A DNA stretch of 64,000 nucleotides from Deferribacterales bacterium (GTDB lineage Bacteria > Chrysiogenota > Deferribacteres > Deferribacterales > Geovibrionaceae): the NCBI GenBank assembly GCA_050251875.1, contig JBFWMA010000001.1, forward strand, positions 433,587 through 497,586. Reading direction: 5' to 3'. Of the stretch, positions 54,179 to 64,000 are shown in pieces; position 1 is the stretch's first letter, and every line of letters starts with the position of its first letter. The position numbers were made by a program, and so were the translations under genes. The notes beneath the pieces are model-generated. The model was not told the origin of the DNA. It did no database searches and saw nothing but the letters and a program-made list of their open reading frames with translations.

Positions 54179-55531
54179 ATGTTCGGAATTTTGAATGACA
54201 AGCTGAACGGCGTATTTAAGAAGATCAGAAAACAGGTACGCCTTAACGAAGAGAACGTAAACGAAGCTCTCAAACTGGTGCGCATGGCGCTTCTTGAGGC
54301 TGACGTAAACTATAAAGTCGTAAAAACATTTATCGCCAACGTGTCTGAAAAGGCAATGGGCGAAGAGGTTATGAAGAGCCTCACACCCGATCAGGTTTTC
54401 ATCAAGATAGTCAATGACGAACTGGTGAACATTCTGGGCGGAAAGGACTATGACGAAGCCAAAATCAGGCTGAATTCACAGCCCCCCACCGTCATTATGA
54501 TGGCGGGATTACAGGGTTCCGGTAAAACAACCAGCGCCGGAAAACTGGCTAACTTCTTCATGAAGCAGAAACGTTCCGTTCTGCTCGTTGCCGGCGACAT
54601 TTACCGTCCGGCGGCTATAGACCAGCTGGAAACACTGGGTAAACAGCTTAACTGCGATGTTTACTCCGATAAAAAGTCAAAAGACGCTGTAAAGATAGCT
54701 AAAGACGCTCTGGCGTATGCTAAAAAGACAGCGAAAGATATAATGATACTCGACACGGCCGGACGTCTGCACATAGACGATGAGCTGATGAACGAGATCG
54801 TGGCTACCAAAGAAGCCGTTAACCCTGACGAGGTTCTGTTCGTGGCGGACGCCATGACAGGTCAGGACGCGGTGAACGTGGCGAAGATTTTCAACGAAAA
54901 GCTCGGAGCCACAGGTATCATCCTCACAAAAATGGATGGTGACGCCAGAGGCGGCGCCGCTCTTTCTATCAAGGAAGTGACAGGCAAACCGCTGAAATTC
55001 ATCGGTACGGGCGAGAAAATGAACGAATTCGAGCAGTTCTACCCCGACCGTATGGCTTCCAGAATTCTGGGCATGGGCGATATCGTAACCCTCGTAGAAC
55101 GTGCACAGGAATCCATCGAAGGCGGAGACGCCGAAGAGATGGCGGAGAAGATGGCGAAGCATGGTCTCGATTTCGAAGACATGCTGAAACAGTTTAAAAT
55201 GATCAAAAAAATGGGTTCTATGGAGAGTATTCTCCGGATGATCCCCGGTCTCGGCAATGTCTCCATGGGAGAACTTGACGATAAGGCCATTAAAAGGGTA
55301 GAGGCAATCATATTCTCCATGACAATGAAGGAGAGAAAGAACGCCAAGATCCTCAACGCCTCAAGACGCAAGAGGATAGCAAAAGGAAGCGGTACTACTG
55401 TTGCGGACGTCAACAGGCTTGTCAATCAGCTGACTCAGATGAACAAAATGATGAAGCAGATGAAAAACAAGCTGGGCGGATCGAACAAACTGAATCCTGC
55501 GATGATGAGAGACTTTCTCAAAATGAGATAA
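54179..55531 (+). CDS. ffh: Signal recognition particle protein
   Basis: GLQGSGKTT, DTAGR, TKMDGDARGG, RRKRIAKGSG. Confidence 0.97.
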   Translation: MFGILNDKLNGVFKKIRKQVRLNEENVNEALKLVRMALLEADVNYKVVKTFIANVSEKAMGEEVMKSLTPDQVFIKIVNDELVNILGGKDYDEAKIRLNSQPPTVIMMAGLQGSGKTTSAGKLANFFMKQKRSVLLVAGDIYRPAAIDQLETLGKQLNCDVYSDKKSKDAVKIAKDALAYAKKTAKDIMILDTAGRLHIDDELMNEIVATKEAVNPDEVLFVADAMTGQDAVNVAKIFNEKLGATGIILTKMDGDARGGAALSIKEVTGKPLKFIGTGEKMNEFEQFYPDRMASRILGMGDIVTLVERAQESIEGGDAEEMAEKMAKHGLDFEDMLKQFKMIKKMGSMESILRMIPGLGNVSMGELDDKAIKRVEAIIFSMTMKERKNAKILNASRRKRIAKGSGTTVADVNRLVNQLTQMNKMMKQMKNKLGGSNKLNPAMMRDFLKMR

Positions 55532-55569
55532 AAGTATATATAAACTAATAATTTAGCGAGGTACATTCA

Positions 55570-55830
55570 GTGGCTACCAGAATCAGACTTGTAAGACTTG
55601 GACGCAAAAAAAGACCCTTCTACAGAATAGTAGTATGTGACAGCAGAGAGAGACGCAACGGTAACTTTATCGAAATTCTCGGCTACTACAACCCCATGCC
55701 TGAGGTTGCTGAAGTTAAGATCGATGAGGTAAAAGCTCTCGACTGGCTTAAAAAAGGCGCTCAGCCTTCTGACACAGTTAGAAGCCTGCTCTCTAAAAAC
55801 GGCGTAATAGCAAAATTCGCCGAAGCGTAA
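55570..55830 (+). CDS. rpsP: 30S ribosomal protein S16
   Basis: [26 protein letters not shown]. Confidence 0.97.
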   Translation: MATRIRLVRLGRKKRPFYRIVVCDSRERRNGNFIEILGYYNPMPEVAEVKIDEVKALDWLKKGAQPSDTVRSLLSKNGVIAKFAEA

Positions 55831-55856
55831 GCCTGGCGTCTCAAACGGGGTGAACC

Positions 55857-56087
55857 ATGAAAGAGCTTGTTGAGTTTATCGTTAAATCGCTGGTGGATAA
55901 GCCGGACTCTGTGAGCATCACAGAAGTTGAGGGTGAAAAAGCCTCAATACTGGAGCTCAGGGTGGATCAGGCTGACCTCGGCAAGGTTATCGGCAAGCAG
56001 GGACGCACAGCGAAGGCCATCAGAACTATTCTGAACGCCTCCGGTGTGAAAAGCGGCAAAAAAACAGTTCTGGAAATTCTGGACTGA
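55857..56087 (+). CDS. khpA: KH-domain RNA-binding protein KhpA
   Basis: [17 protein letters not shown]. Confidence 0.92.
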   Translation: MKELVEFIVKSLVDKPDSVSITEVEGEKASILELRVDQADLGKVIGKQGRTAKAIRTILNASGVKSGKKTVLEILD

Positions 56088-56151
56088 TCCGCATAATAAA
56101 AATGGGATATAAAAAGGGCGCAGTGAAGAAGCGTCCTTTTACGCATGGTTC

Positions 56152-56661
56152 ATGAAGTTTATAAAGATAGGCAAACTTGTTAACACACACGGGCTGGACG
56201 GTAACCTCATGATGCAGGTAACTACCGAGAGTCCGGAAATTCTCGATGAGATGCAGTACATGATGCTGTCGAAAGACGGCAATGTGAAAGCCTCTCTCGA
56301 GATAGAATATATGAATCCTTACAAGGGAATGCTCCTGATAGGGTTCAAAGGGATAGGCGATGTTGATGCCGCCCTGAAATATAAGGGAATGGACGTAGTC
56401 ATTCCCGAGGACATGCTTCCCGATCTCGATGACGGTATCTACTGGCACGAGCTGGAGGGATGTCAGGTGTTTGACACAGAAGGTAATTTGGTCGGGACTC
56501 TGATCGACTATATGGAAGCCGGCGCTGCCGAAGTTTTCCGTATTAAAGGCGAGAAGGAGACCTGGCTGATTTCCAATAATAAGAATCATGTTACAGAGAT
56601 AAATGTGACAGAGAAAAAGCTGATAGTGGCAAGAGAGGGACTGATTAGTGAAAACGTTTAA
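56152..56661 (+). CDS. rimM: 16S rRNA processing protein RimM
   Basis: IGKLVNTHGLDG, YWHELEG; conserved gene order. Confidence 0.92.
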   Translation: MKFIKIGKLVNTHGLDGNLMMQVTTESPEILDEMQYMMLSKDGNVKASLEIEYMNPYKGMLLIGFKGIGDVDAALKYKGMDVVIPEDMLPDLDDGIYWHELEGCQVFDTEGNLVGTLIDYMEAGAAEVFRIKGEKETWLISNNKNHVTEINVTEKKLIVAREGLISENV

Positions 56662-57925
56662 TATCCTTACGATATTTCCCGATATGTTTTCAGTGCCTTT
56701 CTCGCTGGGCGTTTTGTCTAAGGCTGTGGAATCCGGGTTCTTCACCATTAACCCCGTTGATATTCGGAGCTACACCACAGACAAACACCGCATCACAGAT
56801 GACTATCAGTACGGCGGCGGACAGGGACTTGTCATGAAGCCGGAACCTATTGTAAACGCTGTCAGAGACATCAAACAAAAAGAGGGCGATACCCACGTTG
56901 TGCTCATGGACCCCAGGGGTAAGAAATTTACCCAGAAGGACGCCGAAAGGCTCTCTGAGTATGATAGCCTCACATTCATCTGCGGCCGATATGAAGGCGT
57001 TGATGAACGGGTTGTCGATCTTGTTGTTGATGAGTCGCTCTCACTGGGCGATTTTGTGCTGACGGGAGGCGAGTTTGCCTCGATGGTTATGATAGATTCC
57101 ATAGCAAGGCTTCTGCCGGGCGTTTTAGGTGATGAAAACTCACATGTAGATGACTCTCACTCATCGGGCATGCTCGAGTTCCCGCATTACACGAGACCCT
57201 ATGAATATGAAGGGCTGAAGGTTCCGGACATTCTTCTATCCGGACACCACGCAGAGATCGAAAAGTGGAGGCGCAAGCTCTCTCTGGAGATCACAGCGAA
57301 AAACAGACCCGACATGCTGAAAGACACGGAGCTGTCAGAGGACGATAAAAAAGTTCTTGACATCTGCGTGCCGAAAAAGAAAATATACGTCGCTCTGCTC
57401 CACTATCCCATGAAGGACAAGGAGAAGGTAAACGTGGCGACATCCATCACAAACATGGATCTCCACGACATCTCCAGAAGCTGCACCACATATGACGTAC
57501 GCAAATACTTCGTGGTGACGCCTCTGCAGGCTCAGCGTGACATCGCGTCACGGGTTATCGAGCACTGGCTTAAGGGATACGGAGCCACTTACAACGTCAA
57601 CAGGAAGCAGGCCTTTGAGAACACTGTTCTCTCTGAAGGGCTTCTGGACGTGATAGCCGAAATCGAAAAGCTCGAAGGCGAGCGTCCGGTTGTCATCGCC
57701 ACCACGGCGAGGGACTCACGAGCGAACATTGGGTTTGAAGAGACGGCGAGGCTCTCGGAGGATAAACCGTGCCTTATCATTTTTGGTACTGGCTGGGGAT
57801 TCACCGAGGATGTTTTTAAAATGTCGGACAGGGTGCTTAAACCGATTAAAGGGGCTGGCAGATTCAACCACCTCTCGGTCAGAAGCGCTGTGGCCATTAT
57901 ATTAGACAGGATACATAGTTTTTAG
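56648..57925 (+). CDS. trmD: tRNA (m1G37) methyltransferase TrmD fused to a second SPOUT domain (DUF2168/TM1570-like)
   Basis: [25 protein letters not shown]; then [32 protein letters not shown]. Confidence 0.92.
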   Translation: MKTFNILTIFPDMFSVPFSLGVLSKAVESGFFTINPVDIRSYTTDKHRITDDYQYGGGQGLVMKPEPIVNAVRDIKQKEGDTHVVLMDPRGKKFTQKDAERLSEYDSLTFICGRYEGVDERVVDLVVDESLSLGDFVLTGGEFASMVMIDSIARLLPGVLGDENSHVDDSHSSGMLEFPHYTRPYEYEGLKVPDILLSGHHAEIEKWRRKLSLEITAKNRPDMLKDTELSEDDKKVLDICVPKKKIYVALLHYPMKDKEKVNVATSITNMDLHDISRSCTTYDVRKYFVVTPLQAQRDIASRVIEHWLKGYGATYNVNRKQAFENTVLSEGLLDVIAEIEKLEGERPVVIATTARDSRANIGFEETARLSEDKPCLIIFGTGWGFTEDVFKMSDRVLKPIKGAGRFNHLSVRSAVAIILDRIHSF

Positions 57926-57936
57926 GAGGCTCATCC

Positions 57937-58296
57937 ATGAAGAATAAACTGATCGCTTCTGTAGAGGCGATGTACAAATCAGAGAAAGAAATTCCTGCTT
58001 TCCGCTCAGGCGATACAGTCAGAGTTTACTTCCGTATTATCGAAGGAAACAAAGAGCGTATTCAGGCATATGAGGGTCTTGTTATGAAGATCCACAGAAA
58101 CAGCACCAACTCTACCTTCACCGTCAGAAAGATGGTCGGCGACATAGGCGTGGAAAGAACTTTCCCCTACATGTCACCCAGAATCGACAGAATCGAACTG
58201 ATCAGACAGGGTAAAGTACGCCAGGCCAGACTCTTCTACATGAGAGAACTGAAAGGTAAAGCTGCCAGAATTAAAGAAAGAAGGAAAGGTCTGTAA
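57937..58296 (+). CDS. rplS: 50S ribosomal protein L19
   Basis: [26 protein letters not shown]. Confidence 0.97.
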   Translation: MKNKLIASVEAMYKSEKEIPAFRSGDTVRVYFRIIEGNKERIQAYEGLVMKIHRNSTNSTFTVRKMVGDIGVERTFPYMSPRIDRIELIRQGKVRQARLFYMRELKGKAARIKERRKGL

Positions 58297-58308
58297 TCCA
58301 CAAATTGC

Positions 58309-58337
58309 TTGACATATCAATGCATATTTAATAGATT
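58309..58337 (+). promoter_or_regulatory. Sigma-70 promoter of rplM-rpsI
   Basis: TTGACA-17 nt-TAGATT. Confidence 0.65.
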
Positions 58338-58367
58338 ACAAGGCTCACATATTTGACGAGGTTTATA

Positions 58368-58799
58368 ATGAAAAGCTATTGGGCAAAACCCGACGAAATA
58401 GAAAAGAAATGGTATGTGCTTGACGCTAAAGGTCAGGTACTCGGACGTATAGCTACACAGATAGCTATGACTCTGATGGGAAAAACAAAACCCACATATA
58501 CACCCTCCATCGACACAGGCGACTTTGTCGTTGTTGTTAACGCTGATAAATTCATCGTTACAGGCGCTAAGATGGATGACAAAATGTACTACAGACACTC
58601 AGGTCACCTCGGCGGTCTGAAAGAGAGAACTCTGAAAGAAATGCTGGATAAAAAACCTGAAGATGTTATCAGACTGGCAGTTAAGAACATGCTCCCCAAA
58701 ACAAGAATGGGCAGAGCTATGCTCACTAAACTGAAGATCTATACAGGCTCAGAGCACCCCCACGCTGCTCAGAACCCCGAAACTTTCGTGCTGAAGTAA
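58368..58799 (+). CDS. rplM: 50S ribosomal protein L13
   Basis: [28 protein letters not shown]. Confidence 0.97.
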   Translation: MKSYWAKPDEIEKKWYVLDAKGQVLGRIATQIAMTLMGKTKPTYTPSIDTGDFVVVVNADKFIVTGAKMDDKMYYRHSGHLGGLKERTLKEMLDKKPEDVIRLAVKNMLPKTRMGRAMLTKLKIYTGSEHPHAAQNPETFVLK

Positions 58800-58809
58800 G
58801 GAGATATTG

Positions 58810-59199
58810 ATGGCTGACTATACATACGGAACAGGCAGAAGAAAAACATCCTGCGCCAGAGTTTTCATCAAACCCGGCAAAGGCAACATCACAATAAACG
58901 GTAAAGATGCGGCTGCATATTTCGAGAGACCTACTCTCACTATGATCAGCCTTCAGCCTCTGGTTACTATTAATGCTGAGGGCAAATTCGACCTCTACAT
59001 TACAGTAAAAGGCGGCGGAAAATCAGGTCAGGCAGGCGCTGTTCGCCACGGTCTGGCAAGAGCTCTGTGTGAGTTCGATGCTACTAACCGTCCCGCTCTG
59101 AAAAAAGAAGGATTTCTCACCAGAGATTCCAGAGCTGTTGAGCGTAAGAAACCTGGTAAACCTAAAGCCAGAAAATCTTCTCAGTTCTCCAAACGTTAA
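58810..59199 (+). CDS. rpsI: 30S ribosomal protein S9
   Basis: [27 protein letters not shown]. Confidence 0.97.
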   Translation: MADYTYGTGRRKTSCARVFIKPGKGNITINGKDAAAYFERPTLTMISLQPLVTINAEGKFDLYITVKGGGKSGQAGAVRHGLARALCEFDATNRPALKKEGFLTRDSRAVERKKPGKPKARKSSQFSKR

Positions 59200-59221
59200 T
59201 CAACACAGATTACATACAAAG

Positions 59222-59248
59222 AAAAGGTCTCTTCGGAGACCTTTTTTT
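59222..59248 (+). terminator. Intrinsic terminator after rpsI
   Basis: AAAAGGTCTC-TTCG-GAGACCTTTTTTT. Confidence 0.9.
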
Positions 59249-59263
59249 ATTTCAGGTGATTTT

Positions 59264-59551
59264 ATGTCAATTCATCATTTAATTTTTAACGCGGGATTCA
59301 GTTATCTGCTGTGGATTCTTCCCGGAATCATTGCCGCCTTTGTGGCGCACTCAAAACACAGAAGCGCTCTGGGCTGGTCTTTTCTCTGTGTCATATTCCC
59401 TTTTGCTCTGATTATTCTTCTTCTGATCGGGGACAAGTGCTGTGACATTCAGGAGGAATCTCTCTATGCCCCTTGTCCCTACTGCAAAGAGGCAATAAGA
59501 AAAGACGCCGTTCTGTGCAGATTCTGCCGGATGACTATTCGCAGGGACTAG
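59264..59551 (+). CDS. Small membrane protein with C-terminal zinc ribbon
   Basis: Two TM segments, CPYCKEAI...CRFC; SD AGGTG. Confidence 0.65.
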   Translation: MSIHHLIFNAGFSYLLWILPGIIAAFVAHSKHRSALGWSFLCVIFPFALIILLLIGDKCCDIQEESLYAPCPYCKEAIRKDAVLCRFCRMTIRRD

Positions 59552-60276
59552 AACCAGTATTTTTTCAGTATTATGAAGGCGCAGACGATCAGAAGAAGAT
59601 TTATCAGCACCCTGAACAGTCTGTCGGATATTTTCTTAAGAAGTTTCTTCCCGATCAAATTTCCGGCGAAGGCGCCGCACCCAGCGGTCAGTCCTATCAG
59701 CGCTATCTCTTTTGTAAAAACTCCGAAATAAGCATAGGTCAGCACTTTTGTGGTCTGGATTGCCATTAGTGATACCGCTTTGGTTCCCAGCATCTCTTCC
59801 TTGCGCACTCCGTAATTGATGTAAAATGGGTTCATGAAAGGACCGCCGACACCTATCTGTCCGGAGAGGTAGGCGCTGATGAATCCGGCTATGGGGAAAT
59901 GCCATTTTCTGACTCTGAAAGTTATTTTTGTGAAAAGAGACCAGACTCCGTTAACCAGATAAAAACCCGCCAGCAGGAGAGAAAGTGATTTGTGATCCAG
60001 CCTGCTGAAAAGATACGCTCCGGAGAATGAGCCCAGAATCATGAATGGTACGGTGAGCCTTGCCAGCTCCCAGTTAATGCTTTTCAGATAAAGGAAGAAG
60101 CGCTGAACGCTGGAAAGCGACCCGGCTATGGAAGTCGCCGGCGTGATGGCTGTGATCGGCAGAAAAAGACCCGTGACGGGGATGAAGACTGTTCCTCCTC
60201 CGCCGCCTGCCAGTGTGCTGAGCATCCAGGCGAAAACGCCTGAAAGAAAAACCACTGAAGCGGTATATAAATCCAT
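59548..60276 (-). CDS. TauE/SafE (TSUP) sulfite exporter family permease
   Basis: GGGG and GVGGP repeats; about 8 TM segments. Confidence 0.82.
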   Translation of the reverse strand: MDLYTASVVFLSGVFAWMLSTLAGGGGGTVFIPVTGLFLPITAITPATSIAGSLSSVQRFFLYLKSINWELARLTVPFMILGSFSGAYLFSRLDHKSLSLLLAGFYLVNGVWSLFTKITFRVRKWHFPIAGFISAYLSGQIGVGGPFMNPFYINYGVRKEEMLGTKAVSLMAIQTTKVLTYAYFGVFTKEIALIGLTAGCGAFAGNLIGKKLLKKISDRLFRVLINLLLIVCAFIILKKYWF

Positions 60277-60959
60277 CAGAATCCCATAGTGTCTTTTATT
60301 ATGTTTTTGATAGTCTGAAAATCATCTTCTCTAAGAACTGCCGGATGTTTGAACACCACCCTGTTCTCGTCCCTGCGGTAGCGGATGCCCTTGTATCTGT
60401 GGCGCAGGCAGTCTTCCGCCGCCTCCACCTCATACATGCTCCCTTCATCTATGGTTATCAGTCTGGAAGCCTTGCAGGATTCATCGTGAAACTCTATACC
60501 CAGCTCGCTGACCGTGCGCAGAGAGAATGCTTTACCCAGACCGAGCTCTTTCAAAGGGGAGACCGTTTCGGTTTCTTTAAGAGCTCTGTAGCCCGGGCGG
60601 TCGTCAGGATTGTCGTCAGCGTTTGTACCGTCCAGAATAACATCGGCGTCAGACAGCTCTTTTATTTTATTCAGGATCGCTCTTTTGCAGTGATAGCATC
60701 TGGTCTCTTTGTCCGTGAAAAATTCCGGAGGCATATCCGCTTGAAACATAACGTGTTTTACACCCAGCCTGTCGCAAATCACGGCGGCGTTCTCTATCTC
60801 ATAGCGGAAGATGTGGCTGTTGGCACAGGTATACGCCGTCACGTTCTCCGCTCCCAGAAACTCGATGGCGAGCATCAGAACACATGTGCTGTCCGCCCCG
60901 CCGCTGAAAGCGACAGAGGCGGTTTTGAATCCGCTAAAAAACTTCCGCAATGTAGCCAC
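60276..60959 (-). CDS. LarE-like PP-loop ATP-dependent sulfur transferase
   Basis: AFSGGADS, RCYHCK, DGTNADD...RPG, SPL, SCKASR; start uncertain. Confidence 0.78.
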   Translation of the reverse strand: MATLRKFFSGFKTASVAFSGGADSTCVLMLAIEFLGAENVTAYTCANSHIFRYEIENAAVICDRLGVKHVMFQADMPPEFFTDKETRCYHCKRAILNKIKELSDADVILDGTNADDNPDDRPGYRALKETETVSPLKELGLGKAFSLRTVSELGIEFHDESCKASRLITIDEGSMYEVEAAEDCLRHRYKGIRYRRDENRVVFKHPAVLREDDFQTIKNIIKDTMGF

Positions 60960-61968
60960 CGCCTACAACTATGTCGTCTTTATAAACACAGGCGACCTGA
61001 CCCGGTGTGGGTGCGAATTCCGGATTATCAAAAAGGATGGTGGCGGTGTCTGACGGCTGAATCTCAACCATGCAGTCCACGGGAGCCATACGGTAGCGTA
61101 TTTTGACCTGAGCTTTGAAAATTCTGTCATGGCTGGCGGGAAATTCGCAGAATTGCAGCTTAACGCCCCTGCCTGTGACATTCTCTTTATCCGAAAGGAT
61201 GATATCTCCGGTTTTAGCGTCTATATGCTTTACAAAGAGTGGTTCGTGATATCCGATATCGAGCCCCTTGCGCTGACCCACCGTATAATAGATGATTCCT
61301 TTGTGCTCTTTCAGTCTTTTGCCGTTCATAATGAACCAGCCCTTTTTGATGTTTTCAGGCGACAGGCGTTTTTCCAGAAAGTCCCTGTAGTCGCCGTCCA
61401 TCAGAAAGCAGATATCCTGACTCTCTTTCTTATCCGCCACAGAGAGCCCCAGCTCGGCCGCTTTTGCCTTTACCTCTTCTTTTTTCAGACTGCCCAGAGG
61501 AAACTCGATGACTTCCACCTGAAAAGATTTAAGAAGGCTGAGGTAATATGACTGATCTTTTTTTTCGTCCAGCCCCTTTGCGGCGTGCCAGTTTTCGTTA
61601 TACATTTTTTTGTTGGCATAGTGTCCGGTGACTATCTTTTCGCACTGGGATGTTTTCATCTCACGGAACAGATAGTTGAACTTGGCGTGTCTGTTGCAGT
61701 GACAGCAGGGGTTCGGAGTCCTGCCCATCTTATATGTGCGGACGAAATAGGCTATTACGTCCTCGTGAAAAAATTTTGTATAGTCGGCGTAATACCAGTT
61801 TATTCCCAGCTCTTTCGCCGCTTTCTCCCCATCGGCGATCGCCTGTTCCTGCTCATCGAAGAATTTTATGGTGACGCCTGTGACGTCATATCCCTGTTCT
61901 TTCATCATATGGGCGCAGAGCGTGCTGTCCACACCTCCGCTCATGGCAATCAATACTTTTGTTTTCAA
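60934..61968 (-). CDS. mnmA: tRNA 2-thiouridylase MnmA
   Basis: AMSGGVDS, TPNPCCHCN, TGHYA, KDQSY, SQDICF, TVGQRKG, PGQ. Confidence 0.95.
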   Translation of the reverse strand: MKTKVLIAMSGGVDSTLCAHMMKEQGYDVTGVTIKFFDEQEQAIADGEKAAKELGINWYYADYTKFFHEDVIAYFVRTYKMGRTPNPCCHCNRHAKFNYLFREMKTSQCEKIVTGHYANKKMYNENWHAAKGLDEKKDQSYYLSLLKSFQVEVIEFPLGSLKKEEVKAKAAELGLSVADKKESQDICFLMDGDYRDFLEKRLSPENIKKGWFIMNGKRLKEHKGIIYYTVGQRKGLDIGYHEPLFVKHIDAKTGDIILSDKENVTGRGVKLQFCEFPASHDRIFKAQVKIRYRMAPVDCMVEIQPSDTATILFDNPEFAPTPGQVACVYKDDIVVGGGYIAEVF

Positions 61969-62039
61969 TGCTTTCTCCGTGTGCTAAATATGCTGATAAC
62001 ATAAACTTATGCGGTCATATTTTCAACAGTGTTTTCGGC

Positions 62040-62207
62040 TGCCCATCTTTTGTAAAGAGGGGACAGGGGAGATTTCTTTGTTTTTAAGAAATCCACCCCG
62101 ACCCTCCTTTGTAAAAGGAGGGAGTAACACATAAAACTTCATGTAGCGAGGATTTATTCCGAGCGTAACGGTATCAGAAATTTCCCATGGATGGGCAAAT
62201 TTCTGTA
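62040..62207. repeat. Composite palindromic intergenic element, copy B
   Basis: Aligns with 23623-23853. Confidence 0.8.
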
Positions 62208-62264
62208 AGCTGATTGACAGAACACTGTTTTACAGTGTATTAATATCAGACAGGAGATTATTTT

Positions 62265-62864
62265 ATGATAGAAGCTGTATTCTTTGATTTTGGCGGAGTT
62301 ATAGCAGAAGAGGGCTGGGTGAACGGTTTAACAGACATAGCCCACCATCACGGATTTTATCCGCCTATGTTTTTTGACGATGCCTGCGATGTGCTCTGGA
62401 GCACCGGATATATGTACGGCAGGGCGGATGAGAACACCTTCTGGCAGAAGCTGGGAGAGAGATATGACTTCCGCATGACCGTGGATGAGATGCGGAACGT
62501 GATATTCAAAAAATTCGTAATCAGACAGGATGTTCTGGACGTTATAAGAAAAATCAGAGAAGCCGGATTCCGCACAGCCATTCTGAGCGATCAGGTGAAC
62601 TGGCTGGATGAGTTCAACGACATGTACGGATTTTTCAGTCTGTTCGACAGGGTATATAATTCATATCACCTGGGAATCGGAAAAAAGGACGAGAGAGTTT
62701 TTCCCATGGTGTGCGATGATCTGGGAGTGGATATAGAGAACGCTCTTTTCGTGGATGACAACGAAGGACACATAGAGAGAGCGAAAAACTGCGGAATGAA
62801 CACGCTGCTGTTTTGCGACCCGGACGAAGATATTATTAAGCTGAAAGAAATGCTTCATATATAA
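62265..62864 (+). CDS. HAD-family phosphatase
   Basis: FFDFGGV, LSD, K, FVDD motifs. Confidence 0.85.
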   Translation: MIEAVFFDFGGVIAEEGWVNGLTDIAHHHGFYPPMFFDDACDVLWSTGYMYGRADENTFWQKLGERYDFRMTVDEMRNVIFKKFVIRQDVLDVIRKIREAGFRTAILSDQVNWLDEFNDMYGFFSLFDRVYNSYHLGIGKKDERVFPMVCDDLGVDIENALFVDDNEGHIERAKNCGMNTLLFCDPDEDIIKLKEMLHI

Positions 62865-62874
62865 GGAGATGCCG

Positions 62875-63420
62875 ATGAAACACATTCTGGAGACAGACCA
62901 AACGGCGCTTGTGGTTATCGATATTCAGGAAAGGCTGGTGAAGGCTATGGACGATGATGTCCTGAAAAAAATCACCGACAACACCCTGCGTCTGGTAAAG
63001 GGCGCTAATGTTATGGGTATCAGAACTCTCTTTACACAGCAGTATTCAAAGGGGCTTGGAGACACCATTATGTCGCTGAAAGAGCATCTGGAAGGCGACC
63101 ATGTGGAGAAGACGGATTTTTCATGCTGCGGCGAGTCGTCTTTTAACGAAGGGCTCAAGGGCGTGAAGACCGTTATCCTCGCCGGCATGGAGACCCACGT
63201 CTGCGTGCTTCAGACAGCGCTTGATCTGATGAACGCCGGATTTGCCGTGCATATAGCGGCGGACGCAGTATGTTCCAGAAGCAAATTCAACTGGAAGACA
63301 GGTCTGCGTATGATGGAGAGCGCCGGAGCGGTAATCACATGTACCGAAACAGTGCTGTTTCAGCTGGTGAAAAGAGCCGGAACACCCGAGTTCAAAGAAA
63401 TATCCAATATAATCAAATAA
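62875..63420 (+). CDS. Isochorismatase-family hydrolase
   Basis: IDIQERL, EKTDFSC, GMETHVCVLQT. Confidence 0.9.
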   Translation: MKHILETDQTALVVIDIQERLVKAMDDDVLKKITDNTLRLVKGANVMGIRTLFTQQYSKGLGDTIMSLKEHLEGDHVEKTDFSCCGESSFNEGLKGVKTVILAGMETHVCVLQTALDLMNAGFAVHIAADAVCSRSKFNWKTGLRMMESAGAVITCTETVLFQLVKRAGTPEFKEISNIIK

Positions 63421-63539
63421 ATTGGGGGCAGAGCGCCCCCTTTGCATATATATGAATATTGAGTAAAAAATATGCAATATTTCTAGTATTTTCGATAGTG
63501 TCTGTTGATTATTTTTTCATCATGATGTAATGTAGCAGT

Positions 63540-64000
63540 ATGAGAAAAATACGTGTACTGGCTGTCGATGACGAAGAAAACATTTTGTGGCTGCTGAAAG
63601 AGGGGCTCGCGGACGAGAAGATAGACGTCCTTACCACCGATGATCCCTACACCGCAGAGACTTATCTTTCCAAAGGCGTGGATATATGCCTTGTGGATAT
63701 ATTTCTGGGTGAGCACAACGGAATCAAACTGACCGAAAAATGGGCACCCGCCTATAAAGACACCCACTTCATAATTATGACGGCGCAGGACACAGGATCC
63801 AACGTTATCGAATCGATCAAATCAGGGGCTAAGGATTTCTTTCCGAAACCTTTCGACCTGAACCAGCTCAAAAATAAAGTCATTACTCTCTGCGGAAAGA
63901 TAGAACAGCACCCCATGACAGAGATAAAAGAATATGACTTCGAAACCAAAAACAAAAAAATGCTGGAGATCTATAAGCTCATCGGCAAGATCTCCAAAAC
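63540..64000 (+). CDS. Response regulator, probably sigma-54-dependent; 3'-truncated by window edge
   Basis: Hand translation MRKIRVLAVDDEENIL...LVDIFL...MTAQ...PKPFD...MLEIYKLIGKISK; open to window end. Confidence 0.8.
   Translation, partial: MRKIRVLAVDDEENILWLLKEGLADEKIDVLTTDDPYTAETYLSKGVDICLVDIFLGEHNGIKLTEKWAPAYKDTHFIIMTAQDTGSNVIESIKSGAKDFFPKPFDLNQLKNKVITLCGKIEQHPMTEIKEYDFETKNKKMLEIYKLIGKISK

Noticed and set aside
59138..59263. Upstream extension of the zinc-ribbon membrane ORF
   Set aside because: It overlaps rpsI and its terminator; a better start with an SD is at 59264.

Overview
This is a gene-dense, mostly core-genome window from a Gram-negative anaerobe. The gene set and the TrmD-SPOUT fusion suggest Deferribacterales, but that is an inference. 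It opens with a TCA cluster (mdh, sucCD, four-subunit 2-oxoglutarate:ferredoxin oxidoreductase), an MCP, two NifB/NifX-type genes, a DsrE-like gene, uvrC, an unknown outer-membrane protein and cpoB-cheV. A flagellar locus follows (TPR protein, FleS/FleR-like pair, sigma-54 promoter, flgBC-fliEFGHIJ, MotE/YlxF-like gene) and runs into a tRNA-modification pair, ligA, a DUF299 gene and rho. After an oppositely oriented pilin-like gene come rpmE-thyX-DUF1385-prfA-prmC-murA-hisG-bamA-skp-lpxD-fabZ-lpxA-(gnnA-like)-lpxI-cheX-pilD, tyrS, DUF1015, a FadL-like porin, an M15 peptidase and a YihY-cNMP fusion. The window ends with ffh-rpsP-khpA-rimM-trmD(fusion)-rplS, rplM-rpsI, mnmA-larE-like-tauE, a HAD gene, an isochorismatase and a partial response regulator. 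I saw no rRNA, tRNA, CRISPR array, prophage or transposase, and I cannot support a wholly new system. The best leads are a long helix sequestering the sucC ribosome-binding site and start codon, a modular palindromic intergenic element with compensatory changes and GGA loops, an orphan LarE-type sulfur insertase coupled to mnmA and tauE, and a flagellar TPR protein. All calls come from motif recognition by eye; no searches were run.
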